From contig CAJINV010000007.1 in the NCBI GenBank assembly GCA_905178155.1, positions 3,738,265-3,802,264 on the forward strand: a stretch of 64,000 nt of DNA, written 5' to 3'. Position 1 is the first letter of the stretch, and every line of letters starts with the position of its first letter. Position numbers and translations under genes: made by a program. The notes beneath the pieces were generated by a model. It was not told the origin of the DNA. It did not search any database and was given only the letters and a program-made list of their open reading frames with translations. Origin of the DNA: Amoebophrya sp. A120 (lineage: Eukaryota > Protista > Dinoflagellata). Shown piece by piece: positions 1 to 12,000 of the stretch.

Positions 1-3000
1 ACGCATGGCACTGGCACTGCTGGGTGGTCGCCAGGATTCAATCCTCCGTCATCGTCAACATCTGCCGACAATGCTAACACTAACGCAGCCTGGAACATCA
101 ATCAGAATCCACCTAGCTTCAACGCTGCCGGACCGGGGACGTTCGACTTGGCGCAGACACCAATGACTACACCGGGCGGGGCGGGGGACCCGTCTGGATT
201 TCAGCCGGCTGCTGAATCTGGGGTAATATATTAGATACGGCCGGCAGTTTTTTCTGCATTGTATTTTCTGTGCTTCGAGTTCGATCATGTACGGTCTTCG
301 CAGTTCTATGTTTCAAGAAACTTGTTGCTATCAACTTCATAGCTATACTTAACTTTGTTGACCTCCAACACCAGGTGAGCGGCGACTCTTCCACCACCAG
401 GGACTTCTTTGACATTTTCGGCGTGCCGCCCGATGACGGACACCTGCCGCCTCCTGGGGCCCCCGCCGCTGGTGCACCACCGGGCACGTCTACAGCGCAG
501 GTGTTTCAAACCTCGCACGTCATGAACGAGAGCGACTTCCAGAATTTCTTGCAGTCCATGTCCAATCTACAGAATACTGCAGGCGGGACAACGACAATGC
601 CAGGCCCGGATGGAGCCCCTTTCTTTCTCGGCCCGCCCGGCGCCGGCGGCATGATCCCCCCTCCGACCACCACCATGCCGGGAGGAGGAGCTCCAGCTCC
701 AGTGGGCGGACCGCCAGCACCTGGGGGTGCTCCAGCGGGCCGCGGGATTTTCGCGGAGCCGGCGGGCCAGGGTAACAACAACAACAACATGACGTCGGAC
801 GACCCAGAATTGATGGCGATGCTGGATGAGCAGTTCGCGGACATCGCCAGGGGACCGATGGGTCGAGGACTTGGCATTACGACAGGACCACCGGGTGCTG
901 CCGGCGAGGCTGGTGAACTTAATATCCCGCCCCAGGCACAGGCGTTTTTCGACCTTATCCGTCAAGAAGTGCCAAACCTTGCCCGAGGAATTTTCCACCC
1001 GGCGTTCGCGCCTCGAACGGATGTTGTCCCTGCCATGTTGCCGCCCACCGGTGCCGCGAATAACGCCACCGCCGGCCTGGGAAATGTAATCTTCGGTGGA
1101 ACGCTGCCGCCGGGAGGAGCAGGTGGAGCCGGAGGCGGACCTCCAGGACCACAACTGCCCCCAGGCACTATGCAAGTCGGCCCGACGCAAACCTACCAAA
1201 TCAGTGGGCAGGGCCAGACGATTCAGGAATCGATCGCGTCGTTGCAGGAGCAACTAGCGGCGCGCGGGCTGCCGTTGCCGCCGGAGTTTATGGCGGGCGC
1301 AGCAGCGGTGCCGCTGCCCCCGGGCGCGATGATGATGGGCGGGGGAGCCGCTCCTGGAGGTGGACCTCGTGGTCCGGACGATAATTATGCCGACGACTAC
1401 AATTACCCGTGGGAGGCAAACATTCCGGAGGGCGGCGGAGTCAACACGCAGGTCAACTTTCAGGTGGTGGTGGCTCAGCAAGTCGTGAATAACGGTGCGG
1501 GTGGCACGGGTACTGCCTTTCATCCGGGCAGCAGCGGTCTGCAGTCCGGCACGACGGAATTCAACGAGGTTACAGAGTTTCCAGAAATCGAGATTGATGA
1601 CAGCGCGATAGGAGGCAGTGGAGCTTCTATTCATCATGATCATCCTGGTGGCACTAATAATCTGCTCGAAGAGCTGCAAGTGGCTGATGGGGGCACGGCA
1701 ACAAGTGCTGGTGCTTCTAGAAACGCACGACCTGCAGGAGCATCTTCGTCCTCGTCTGCAGGTGTAGTTTTTCCAGCTGTTTCTGCGTCCGCCCCACAAG
1801 AAGTGATTGGTTACTCAGCCACAAGCTCTTCCTCTTCCTCGTCCAGTGCGCCGCGAAACGTAATAAATCATCCAGCAGAAACTGCAACTTCCACATTTAT
1901 TCAAGGACCCTCGGCAGGAGCGAGCAGTAGCAGCAGACCAGCCGTCAATGAGATGAACCAGAACACGACTACTAGCAGCAGAAGAGAAAGAAACAGGAAA
2001 AGTGCGGCCAGTTCATCTTCATCTGCTTCGCACAATAAGATCAAGAAGAGCTCGGAGAAGAAAAAAAAGCGAGTGGTGGTTACCGCAACATCCGGGGGCT
2101 CGCCCGATGACGGCGGTGGAGATGACGATGACGACGACGATGGCTTATGCCTTGGACGGTCGTTAGCGTACAGAAGGGTGAATTTGCAGTGAATTTGTAT
2201 TGCATGACTTGCATTTACTTAAAAGAGAAGTGCGCTACGTATGGACGCGAGCCCAAGCATCCCACATAGCGTGAAGGGCTGCTCGTCGCGTGGTGGCGCT
2301 TGCAGCACCGAAAGAGGTGGTCTTGCGGAGGCTCACCGGGCTGTGTAGTGCGTATGTAACCAAAGAAGGTGGATCGGGTGGCTCTTACTCTTCTGCGCGT
2401 CTGCCTGAGAAGTTCCTCTCTGGAATTGTCGAAAGGGAGGGCGACGCCTGAACACAGGGGCACTACTTAGTTCAACATGTATGCTCTCACGAGTTGTGGT
2501 TGGCTCGGCTTGGACTTGGATATCTGGGAGCAGCCTCGGGTGGAAGGGGAGGCACGATTCGGCCGCGGACGCTAGCTTGCTTCGCCTGCTGTGCTCTGCT
2601 CACAACTCCCCACGTGTCTTTTTGCCTCTGGAGCGAGGCCTTTTCGACGTGACCCCCAGGTCAGGAATTCTCGTGCTCAAAAAAGTGCACAGGTAGGCCC
2701 TGGGGAGTGGGGCCGAGGGGAAAAGACAAGCGCCCTCTGTTGCCCTCAGCCCGTCTATATTCTGCCGAAAAGGCCTGGAGGGTTCACGCGCCTGCCGGAT
2801 AGAGGCGGCAAAGCTAATTACATGTGCTTCGCAGCACTTTCTTTTTGGCGTCTTTGCCGCGGCTGCTGCAGTGCTCTTATGCGAGCACGGGGAGGCGCAA
2901 AAATGGCCCAAAGAACACGAACGCCCAGGCTATGTCTAGCTGCCCGCCGCATAAGCCGCGACTTCTGGCGCAGCGTGCAGAACCTACGTCCCAGAAGACC

Positions 3001-6000
3001 AAGAGGGACAACGCATCTGCAGTCTACTCTGCTATTTGTCATGCAAAATTCACTAAAGATTCACCACGCCTCATGCTAACGCGTGTTAAAGCTCTAACCG
3101 ATGGCGGCGGTGGAGATGACGATGACGACGACAGTATCATTTGTAAAAACGTCCCCACCCCAGAGTTGTAATGCAAATCTGCATGCTGAAAATGTTTCTC
3201 ATGCGGAGACCCATGAGAAGCAGTCTCTAGTCGTGTTGTGGGATTTGTGATGCTAGAATCAGCATGATATGCTAGAACTGTGATGCTGCTGAACAAGCTA
3301 AACAGGATTACACTGCGAGGCCAAACTTGTCATGCGCAACAGCAAAAGCTGACAGATTTGTTTAGCAGATTTCCCAGCTTGACTCTGGTGTGGGGACGTT
3401 TTTACTCAGGATAGACAGCGATTCCGATGGCTCGAAGAATTCTTTCCCTGGAGACGACGATCTTCATGGGTCGGAAGACGAGGGGTCTGTTTATTCCGAC
3501 GACAATGAGGACAGAAATAACGATCGTACGAGTAAAAGCAGCCGGTCCAAGGCGTCGAAGTCCAGCTCAAAGGTCAGCTCCAGTGAGGAGCGCAGCGGCA
3601 GCTCTGCGAGTGGTCTAAGTGCCCAGAAGAGCAGTGATCCGCTTTTCCAAGAACAAGATGATAATCCGATATTAGAAGAAGAACAGCCGTCGGGGCGGGC
3701 CGGTGATCTTCCCAGTGGCGGCTTGTTTGCTGACAAAAATGTTGCTGAGATGTTAACATTTAGCGAGAACAAAGCGGATTGGGTACAAGAGCAAAAAGCG
3801 CGAGTGAAGGCAGAGAAAGAAAAGCAGGCGGCGCTCTTAGAGGAACGGCGAGCACGTGCGGCAAGACAAGCGGCAAAGGCGAAGAAGATTCTGCAAAAAG
3901 CGGTTTCCACGCCGGACGATTTAGTCACGTTTCTACGGGGGCAGCATTTCACAAGGAATCTGCTTCTGCTGTTGGAGGATGAAAGAGCAGCTGTAGGTAG
4001 GAGCAAAAACTACGGGGACGGTGAAGATGAAAGCAATAAAACACCGCAAGAGGAGGAGGACCCAAGCTGTTCTAGCAACGCGGAGCAGGAAATAAGCAAA
4101 AAATCCAAGAGCATTTTTTGTCCGCGCGGCGTCCGTCTGACCCCCGTACCACCAGGAGAATTTGTCAACACCAAAGCGGTGGACCATCAAAAATTGTCCT
4201 CCTCGACGAGATCACGACTAGACGAGGGAAGTACTGGAATTCCGCCAACGCGCTTGGCCGCAACCGCCGCGGCGCCCTACTGGGATTGTGTTTTCAACCC
4301 GGCGAAATACTTGAAGCCCTTGGAGTGTGAACTTCCCAGTGGGATCAAGGCGGATTTAATTACTCCGCTGACGTTATCCTGCGCCGTGCCGAATACGGGA
4401 GGCGAAGGGTTCAGCAACTTGTTGAACTGGTATAAAGTAGACGCATTGATGTTTATTTGCACCGCTTATCCTGTATGGTAGTTTGTATACATTGCAGAAT
4501 ACAGTACAGATCCGACGTAAATGTGCGACGTGCTGCCATGTTTGTAGTTTGCCTGGCCAGCTGCACGAGTATTCCATATTCGATGACGGATTGTTTACTT
4601 CCCGCTGAATCTTCCTATCCCTATCCGAAATAAACAAGCCGCAGAAGATCATCAACTTTTCCCTTCTCATGATCCCAGGTACATCTATGTGGGGCCTGAA
4701 ACATTAGCCCTTGCGACGTCGAAGCACGCGGGCGAGCAGACAGGGTTTGGCGCGGCCACCAGCGAACAGGGCGTTGCTCAACTTTCCAGTATCACCCAGT
4801 CAATTGTCCGTCCGGGCAAGGAGCTGCAGGAGCGCATCAAAAACCACGAGAAATTGCTGGAAGAGTCCCAGCCCACCACCGAGATCTGTCCGGCGCACTG
4901 GGGGAAGCGCTCCATCGCGTTTCGCTGTCTCGAGTGCGAGTACGACAACAACTGCATTATTTGCCCCGACTGCTTTTTCGACTCAAACCACGTGGGTCAC
5001 CGCACCATGCTGATCCGCACGCAGGGGGGCGCGTGCGACTGCGGCGACGCGGGCAGCTGGGATCCGAAGGGCTTCTGCTCCAAGCACGGCAGGAAAAAGA
5101 ACGACGACGCTTTTCTGTGTTTGGAAGTAGAAGAAGACGAAAGAGCTGCAGATACCACGGCAGGAACCGGGGCGGGGACAATGAATATTGCCATGGGTGG
5201 TAGTACTAGTACTTCTACAACGATGAAGTTGCTCGGGACGCAGACCGCGAAGCACCTGCGCGAGAAAACCTCCGAGAACCTCTTCGGTTTCCCAGACAAG
5301 GCGACGAAAGTACGCGCGGAGCAAGTGATTGACTATGTCGTGAAGCTCTACTCTTACATTGTGGAGCTGGGGGAGGAGCTGGAGCTGCTCCGCAAGGTGC
5401 TCTGCCAGGTCCGGGACAGCTTCGAGTGGCACTTCTATGAGCGCGCGCACCGGTACTGCCGCAAGGCGGTCCAGAAGATTGTGGGTGACAAGGGGTTGGC
5501 AGCGGGGGACGGGACGAATGATTTGCAAAATGGAGGCACAGTGGGTTCGGGGGACAACTCTAGTAGAGCTATGCCGAAGAGTTCATTCGATCTGAACGAG
5601 GCCCTGGATCAGATGATGCAGGGCGGGAACTGGGAGTGGGACCCCCAAGTATCCGGTGCAAAAGTAATATCATGCTTGTTATTCGTCCGATTGCAATAAA
5701 CATTCTCGCATAAGAACGGCGAGGAAGGGGGAATTGGTTTTGCACAGTTCCTACTGTTTGACAAAACAGAAACCGTTTGCGATGCTGGCTGATGCGCTAA
5801 AAATGCAAAAATGCTTTTGCAGTGCATACCAAGGTGACCTTGATCCAACTGGATCAGGCAATATGGGTGTGCGGCAGATTGTGCAGCAAGCAGTGGTATG
5901 CATTGCAAACGTATCCGAAGTAGCTCAACATTGTTCCAAATTGCATGATGACAACATCAAGCTCAACAAGTCTTGGCACCTCCAGGAGATGGAGGGGCAA

Positions 6001-9000
6001 ATAAAAGTGCAATTTGTAGTACAACAACGAACACTGCGATACAACTTTTGCACAGGATGACGGGCGCAGAACATGGTGAGCGCTGCGGCTCGCATGGGAT
6101 TAGCAATGGCCCCCGGCGGCGGAGCGGGAGTTCTTCCCGGAACTGCAAACAACACAACCGGGACTCAAACCGCAGCGAACACCACGAATACTACCACCGG
6201 AGGTCGCCCGCCAAGAATGCCAGGAACTACTGCAGCTTCCGGAGCAGGTGCAGGCGCGTCCTCTTCAAACGCACATCAAAATAACGCCCCTGCGTCGAGT
6301 ACAAACAAGCAGGCGAAGGAGGACCGGCACGCGAAGGAGGAGAGAAATGTCATGGAAAAAATGAGCACTTTGAAACACGTCGGCCGGTGCAGCGACCTGA
6401 AAATCAAAACCGCCGACGCGATGTTGTCCCGTGCAGAGGAGCTGATTTCGGGGCTGGAGGCAAACATGGAAAGTTACCGGCCGATTTGCTATTTGAGTGG
6501 GGCGGTTACATCAGCCACTAGTGAAGGAGATCAATATTTTGACCTCGATAATGAGCAAGTAGGAGGAGTAGCACCAAGGAAAACATCGGGAGCAAATGAG
6601 GTAGTTGCGCATGATCTTCAGCAACCGCAAGAACAGGAGTACGTGGAGGACAAGGAGATTTTGATCAACGACTTCGGCGTACTCGCCCTCTGGGAATCCT
6701 TTTACTACGAACAGGAGCGGCACATGCTGCAAATCCAGGAGGAAATCTCATCTTGGCTGCTGAAGCGCTGCCGCATCGCGTACGGGTTTCGTTTCATCCT
6801 CACGCAGAAGTTGACCGCGGCCTTTAACGTCGGGGAATACAGAAAAAACTCGCTGCGGAAAATTGTGGGCGAGGAGCTCTTAGCTGCGATGAATTTAACG
6901 GCTTCGAACAAAGATGTGGAGAACGATGTGAAGGGCAGCGGCGCCGACGGCAATGTCGACATTAATGTTGTTGTTCCGAATTTACAAAACACGTTTCTAC
7001 TGGACGAGAAGTCGTTTTGTCGTGTGAACAAAAAGATCTCTTCCACCCAGTTCCGAAAGAAGATGACGAGTTACCAGAAGGAACAGGAGCAGAGGCAGAT
7101 GGATCAGGAGCACAAGGCAAACATGGATGCGCTGAATATCAAAGCAGGCACAGGTGGAGCCCCCAAATCGCCCTCGGTGCCGAAAGAACTGGAGTTGTGG
7201 GAAATGATCGACGCTAGAAACAGCTACGCAGGAACTGCTGCTGGTGGAGCTGCGAGAACATCAACTACAGCAAAAATGGGTAAAAAAACCAATGCAGCTT
7301 TGATGTCGGCTACTGCCGCAGGAAAGCAGCCGTTAGCACTCGCGCAGAACAACGGCGCTGCTGACAAGGTCTTGTCTCCTCACCACCGGAGACGGCACCA
7401 CCGCGAATTGCGATACTTGCTGCAAAGGGAGGAAGAGAAAAAGATCAACATCTACGGAACCATCCTGCAGTGCGTGTTTAAGTCGAAAAGCAATGGAAGC
7501 ATCAGGAGCTCCCAGAAGCAGAACAAGAAGCGCAGCAATACAGTTAAGGACAGTGGTAAAAATTCGTCCTCGCTACTACTAGCCACAGAGGACCCAACAG
7601 ACTCCGAGGACTCAGACGAGGATCTGCTGCACACTGCAGACCTAGACGACGAGGAGCAAACTGTGAGCGTGAAAATCCCGCGGGTTTTTGCTGAGAGTAA
7701 AGCTGCGAGCCGAGGACATCATTCTATCTTCAGCAAGTCCAACATCCAAGCCCTGCAGACCATTGGTGGCCTGGAGAAAGAGTCGCCCTGGCAACACCTC
7801 GCGAGGTGGATGTTGGGCCGGGAAGTGGGAATTTTCAAGAAGGGCAGCGCGATCGTGGAGCAGGGCGTTTTTGAGGTGGAGCGCATGTTTCAGACGGCGG
7901 ACCCCTACGGCTGGCTCTCCGCGACCATTCTGCCTTCGAGATCGAGTTTTCCCTTCTCCGCGAATGCCTTCGCGGTGCCAGGGACAAGCTTCACCAGCTA
8001 CACTATGATTCAGGCGGTACAGTTGCTTGTCGAGGTTTTGTACTCTGTGTTTCGTTCTGTTGCTGGTTAAATCAGATATGCAGTTTCGCTTGCCATACTG
8101 TCAACCGTTGTAGTTGTTCGCTGTGTAATTTAGTAGCCCCATGTGCTCAAGAACATCCTTATCATTCTGAGCAAGAAAAGCATCTGCGTCATGGTTGTAG
8201 GCGAGTGCTTGGTACTATGTATATGTTTTTTGATACTTAAAATCTTAGGCTTATCAGGAGCGGATACCGCAAACTTGAGTTGTTGTGATCTTCTTTCATC
8301 TTGAATGAACTCCATCCCAGATCTGCCAAGGCAGCCTGGACAAGTGGCAAGACGCGTTCGCGCTGTTGCCGCACGTGAAGGAAATGAAACGAGCGAACTA
8401 CACGGCCAAGACGAAACTGAAGGAGATCTGTCCGGGCGTCACCACAGAAACGCTGCGGTCCAGCAGCACTTCGCTGTACGACCTCTTCATGCTTTTGGTG
8501 CAAACGAACGCCGGGTTCAAGCTCGAGTTCACGAAGGTTTTCGTGAATCTCCTCGACGAGACTATGAACGTGGCACAGTTGCTGGAGGACGGCTACGAGA
8601 ACACCCAGAAATCCCTTCTGTTTGAGAAAATCCAGAATGCGCAGGGGTTCATCATGAAAAAGGTCGCGAACTTGACGAGCTTGATGGTGAAAAACCACAA
8701 AAACGGCTTGGACCGCAACGCGATCGAGATTGCCAACATATCCGAGGAAATAAAACACCCATCTTCCCCAACATCCATTTTGTCATGTAAAACATGCAAG
8801 AAAAAGAAATCCAGCGTCTGTCTCTGTCACGCAAAAAATGGAGGATGTTGGGGACGGGTGTAGTTTTTTCAATGTGATGCGATGCCTTGAAACTTCCGTC
8901 CGTCGAGGAACAACTGACCGAGTACCGGGCGCAGCGGTTCATGCTGACGTCCATTTTGACCATGAATCGGGAGCATTGGGAGCCGGTGCAGATGAAAGGG

Positions 9001-12000
9001 GAAGAGATATCAAATGTAAAAGTGTCTGGGTCTGGAAGATTCCGGGATTTGTGATGCATATTTTGTATGATCCATGATTCATGTAATGCATGATCTAGCA
9101 TCACAGATTTTTAGAGGGCTTCCTGATGCCTATTCCGCATGAGAGATGCCCTCTCCCGTGATAGGATCACCGTGTCTGATCATTAGACCCCCTGTATACT
9201 TTTTAGCGCGCAACCGGCCACGCGCGTAGTTCTTCGAGCAAGTTTGTAAGACTAACCCATCAAGGCAATACTGGAACTCCACCTTGCTCGCGGGCTTGGA
9301 TGGTAAGGCAGGTCAGCCACACATCGCGCCCACTGGCTGTAGCCATGCGTAAGCAATCGATAGCGGTTTTGCAGGTGCAGCCGGGTGGTAGTTAGGAAGT
9401 GGGCCGCGTCTCCACCTAGGGGTATCGGCAGAGGCTAAATCTGTTCTAACGCCCAGGTATTGGCAGAGGCTAAATCTGTTCTAACGCCCACCCGCCAGGA
9501 GTTAAATGGTACTACTACTACTACTACTACGCGTAACACAAACAGGACCCCTGTTGCTGGTCACGCAATACAGATTTTTTTTGGGATCCACAGACAGCAT
9601 GACAAGTTGCAACTTTGGAGACCCAGACAATGTTGCAATCCATAAGAGATGTACATGAACCAAGTCCAGCACTTGTCCGTCCAGTTGTTAACTATCGCGG
9701 AGGTGGTGCTGCAGATGGAGCCGAAAAACCGCAATTCGCAAACGCCCTACTGCGTCATCCGCGTGTTGACGCAGCTGTTTTTCCTGACCAAAGCCATGAC
9801 GGAGGCCAGCTGGAAGCACTTCGGCAAAAAGCGCAAAGCCTTCACCGACGCCAAGTCGAGCAGCGCGGGCTACTACAGCAACGTCGATGAAGAAGCCTCT
9901 CTGTCCAAGCAGGAGTTCACGGAGATGCTGATGCGGGCGAGGCTGGCGGACTACTTGGAAGCGGACCTGTCCTATGTGTTATACCACAAACAGTTTTCCG
10001 AAACGTTTGTCTGCGACGTGCAGAAGCAGGAGGAGCGGAAGTTTCTGTTCCGGATTTTATCCTCCCACTGGCAGGCGAATTTACAGCTGCGGCACTTCGA
10101 GTCCCACGTGGCTTATGAGATCCGGATGGCAGAGTGGCAGAACTGGCGCGGGCGGGAGCTGAATTTAACGCGGGCCACGAAAACACTATGTGACTACGCG
10201 CGGAATTGCTACGATTTGCGGAAAACACAATACTGGTACAAGGGTCTGGTGGAGTGTTTGGAGAACGAAGTGGTTGCTTACCAGTCCTGTTGCACCGTCG
10301 GAAAGGACTATGAGACCTACGGTGAAACATATGTCAGGCATACGCAACGGGACCGGGTGACGAAGACGAAAATGTTCTTTAACACGGCGCCCGACGCGGC
10401 GGATTCAGGTACATCATCCAAGAAAAACCGCAACAATTTATCCCGCTGTGAAAAAAATGCATCGCATTCGTTTGCTATTGGAAACAGTCTAGGCATTTAA
10501 TTTGTTTCTACAAAATTTGAAATTTTTAGCATGCAACCATCAAAAGCACAACATGCAACCTGCGAAAGTTTTGCTGCAGTCATGCATGATTGCTGCAACC
10601 CTCATGCACCGTGGCATTTATTGCAGGTAGTACTTGCATTCAACATGTTGAGTAAAGAGAACCTTCTCTCTGGGAAGTTGGGACTCGTCGAGTGCGATTC
10701 GCTTTTGCGCAGCATACAACAACCTGGACGGAACATCAAGCACTGCGAAAAACAATACGTCCTCGAGCAACAAGCCCAACCCGCAGTACACGAATTGCGG
10801 TTCGTTTCACATTCTGCTGCAAAGAATTTTGATCACGTCCATCAATTTCGACTTGATCGCACTGGTTTCCTCCTTCGACTCGTCCCTTCCTGCGAACGGG
10901 GTGAAGAGGGAAAAACATGCGAAAAACAAAAAATACCTGTTCGAGATGGAAGAATTGCTGCTGAACATTTTCCCGGAGCACGTGGTTATTCTGATGCTCC
11001 GGAACGCATCGCTGGTGTTAGCGTTTTCCCGGGCGATCTCTAACTCGTTGTGGATTCGGAACGGCATGGTTATCAACCGCAAAAGTGTCTGGGTCTGAAA
11101 GGATCGGAACTTGTGATGCGTGTTTCGGATCCTACAGAGATCTGTGATGCATAACGTGCAAAAGGTGCCCACTTCTGGCCATGCTGAGACGGCATTTCTC
11201 ATGCAGAATACGCATCACCAAGGAGCTACAGAACCTGTGATGCTAGGCCCTGCATTCCAGCAGTGGGGGAGCTCGGCAAAACTGCATGACAAATCTCGGA
11301 ATCTCCCAGACCCAGACATTTTTGCATTTGATAATGGTGATGCAGGAACAAAACGAGGCGTATCTGGAGGATGGACGGAAGCTATGGCGTTCTCGTCAAC
11401 TGTTACATTCTCAACTGTTGCATGAATTTGCCATGCAAGAATGGCAAAAGTTAAAGGGATGACCTTGCGCGTCTTGCATGACAGATTCCGCCCAGATTCT
11501 CAGTCTGTTTGGCTCTTCGAGAAATTGTCATGCGAAGCAGCTTGAGCGTGTCAATTCTGATTGTGATTTTGCATGACAAATCGTGTAACAGTTGAGAATG
11601 TAACATTTGAGAACGCCATAGAAGCAGGAGGACGTTTTGACTTTGCAGTTCTGCGCCATGATGCTCACCCTTCATCGACGGAAGCGGGAGCGGGAATCGT
11701 GGTTGAGAAGGGGAAGATTTTTGGACTTTGTGAAAAACGAGCAAAAATCTTCTGGTCGAAAGGAGAAAGCGGTGGTGGAGGTGATGATGGGTCGGGAGGT
11801 CGAAGGCGCGCCGGCCGAAGAAAGACAACATGACGATGAACAACATTTCAACACGTCAGCTGGCGTTGGGAGCAGTAGGCCGACAAACACTGTCGACATC
11901 CCGATCCTCGACCTGACAACGACCACCCTCCAAACCGATAATTTACTGAACACCAGCACGACGAACACGGGGACTATTTTTGCGGGAGCTGCAAACAACT

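Larger units (their letters stand above)
9008..9644. mobile_element. Family-B introner carrying a nested insertion, TSD AGAGA
   Basis: TATCAAATGTAAAAGTGTCTGGGTCTGG...ACCCAGACAATGTTGCAATCCATA; AGAGA at 9003-9007 and 9645-9649; excision gives KGEE|MYMNQVQHLSVQ. Confidence 0.9.

Noticed and set aside
9421-9490. 35-bp repeats resembling CRISPR repeats in size
   Set aside because: Two adjacent copies, no spacer, no cas genes, eukaryotic context.
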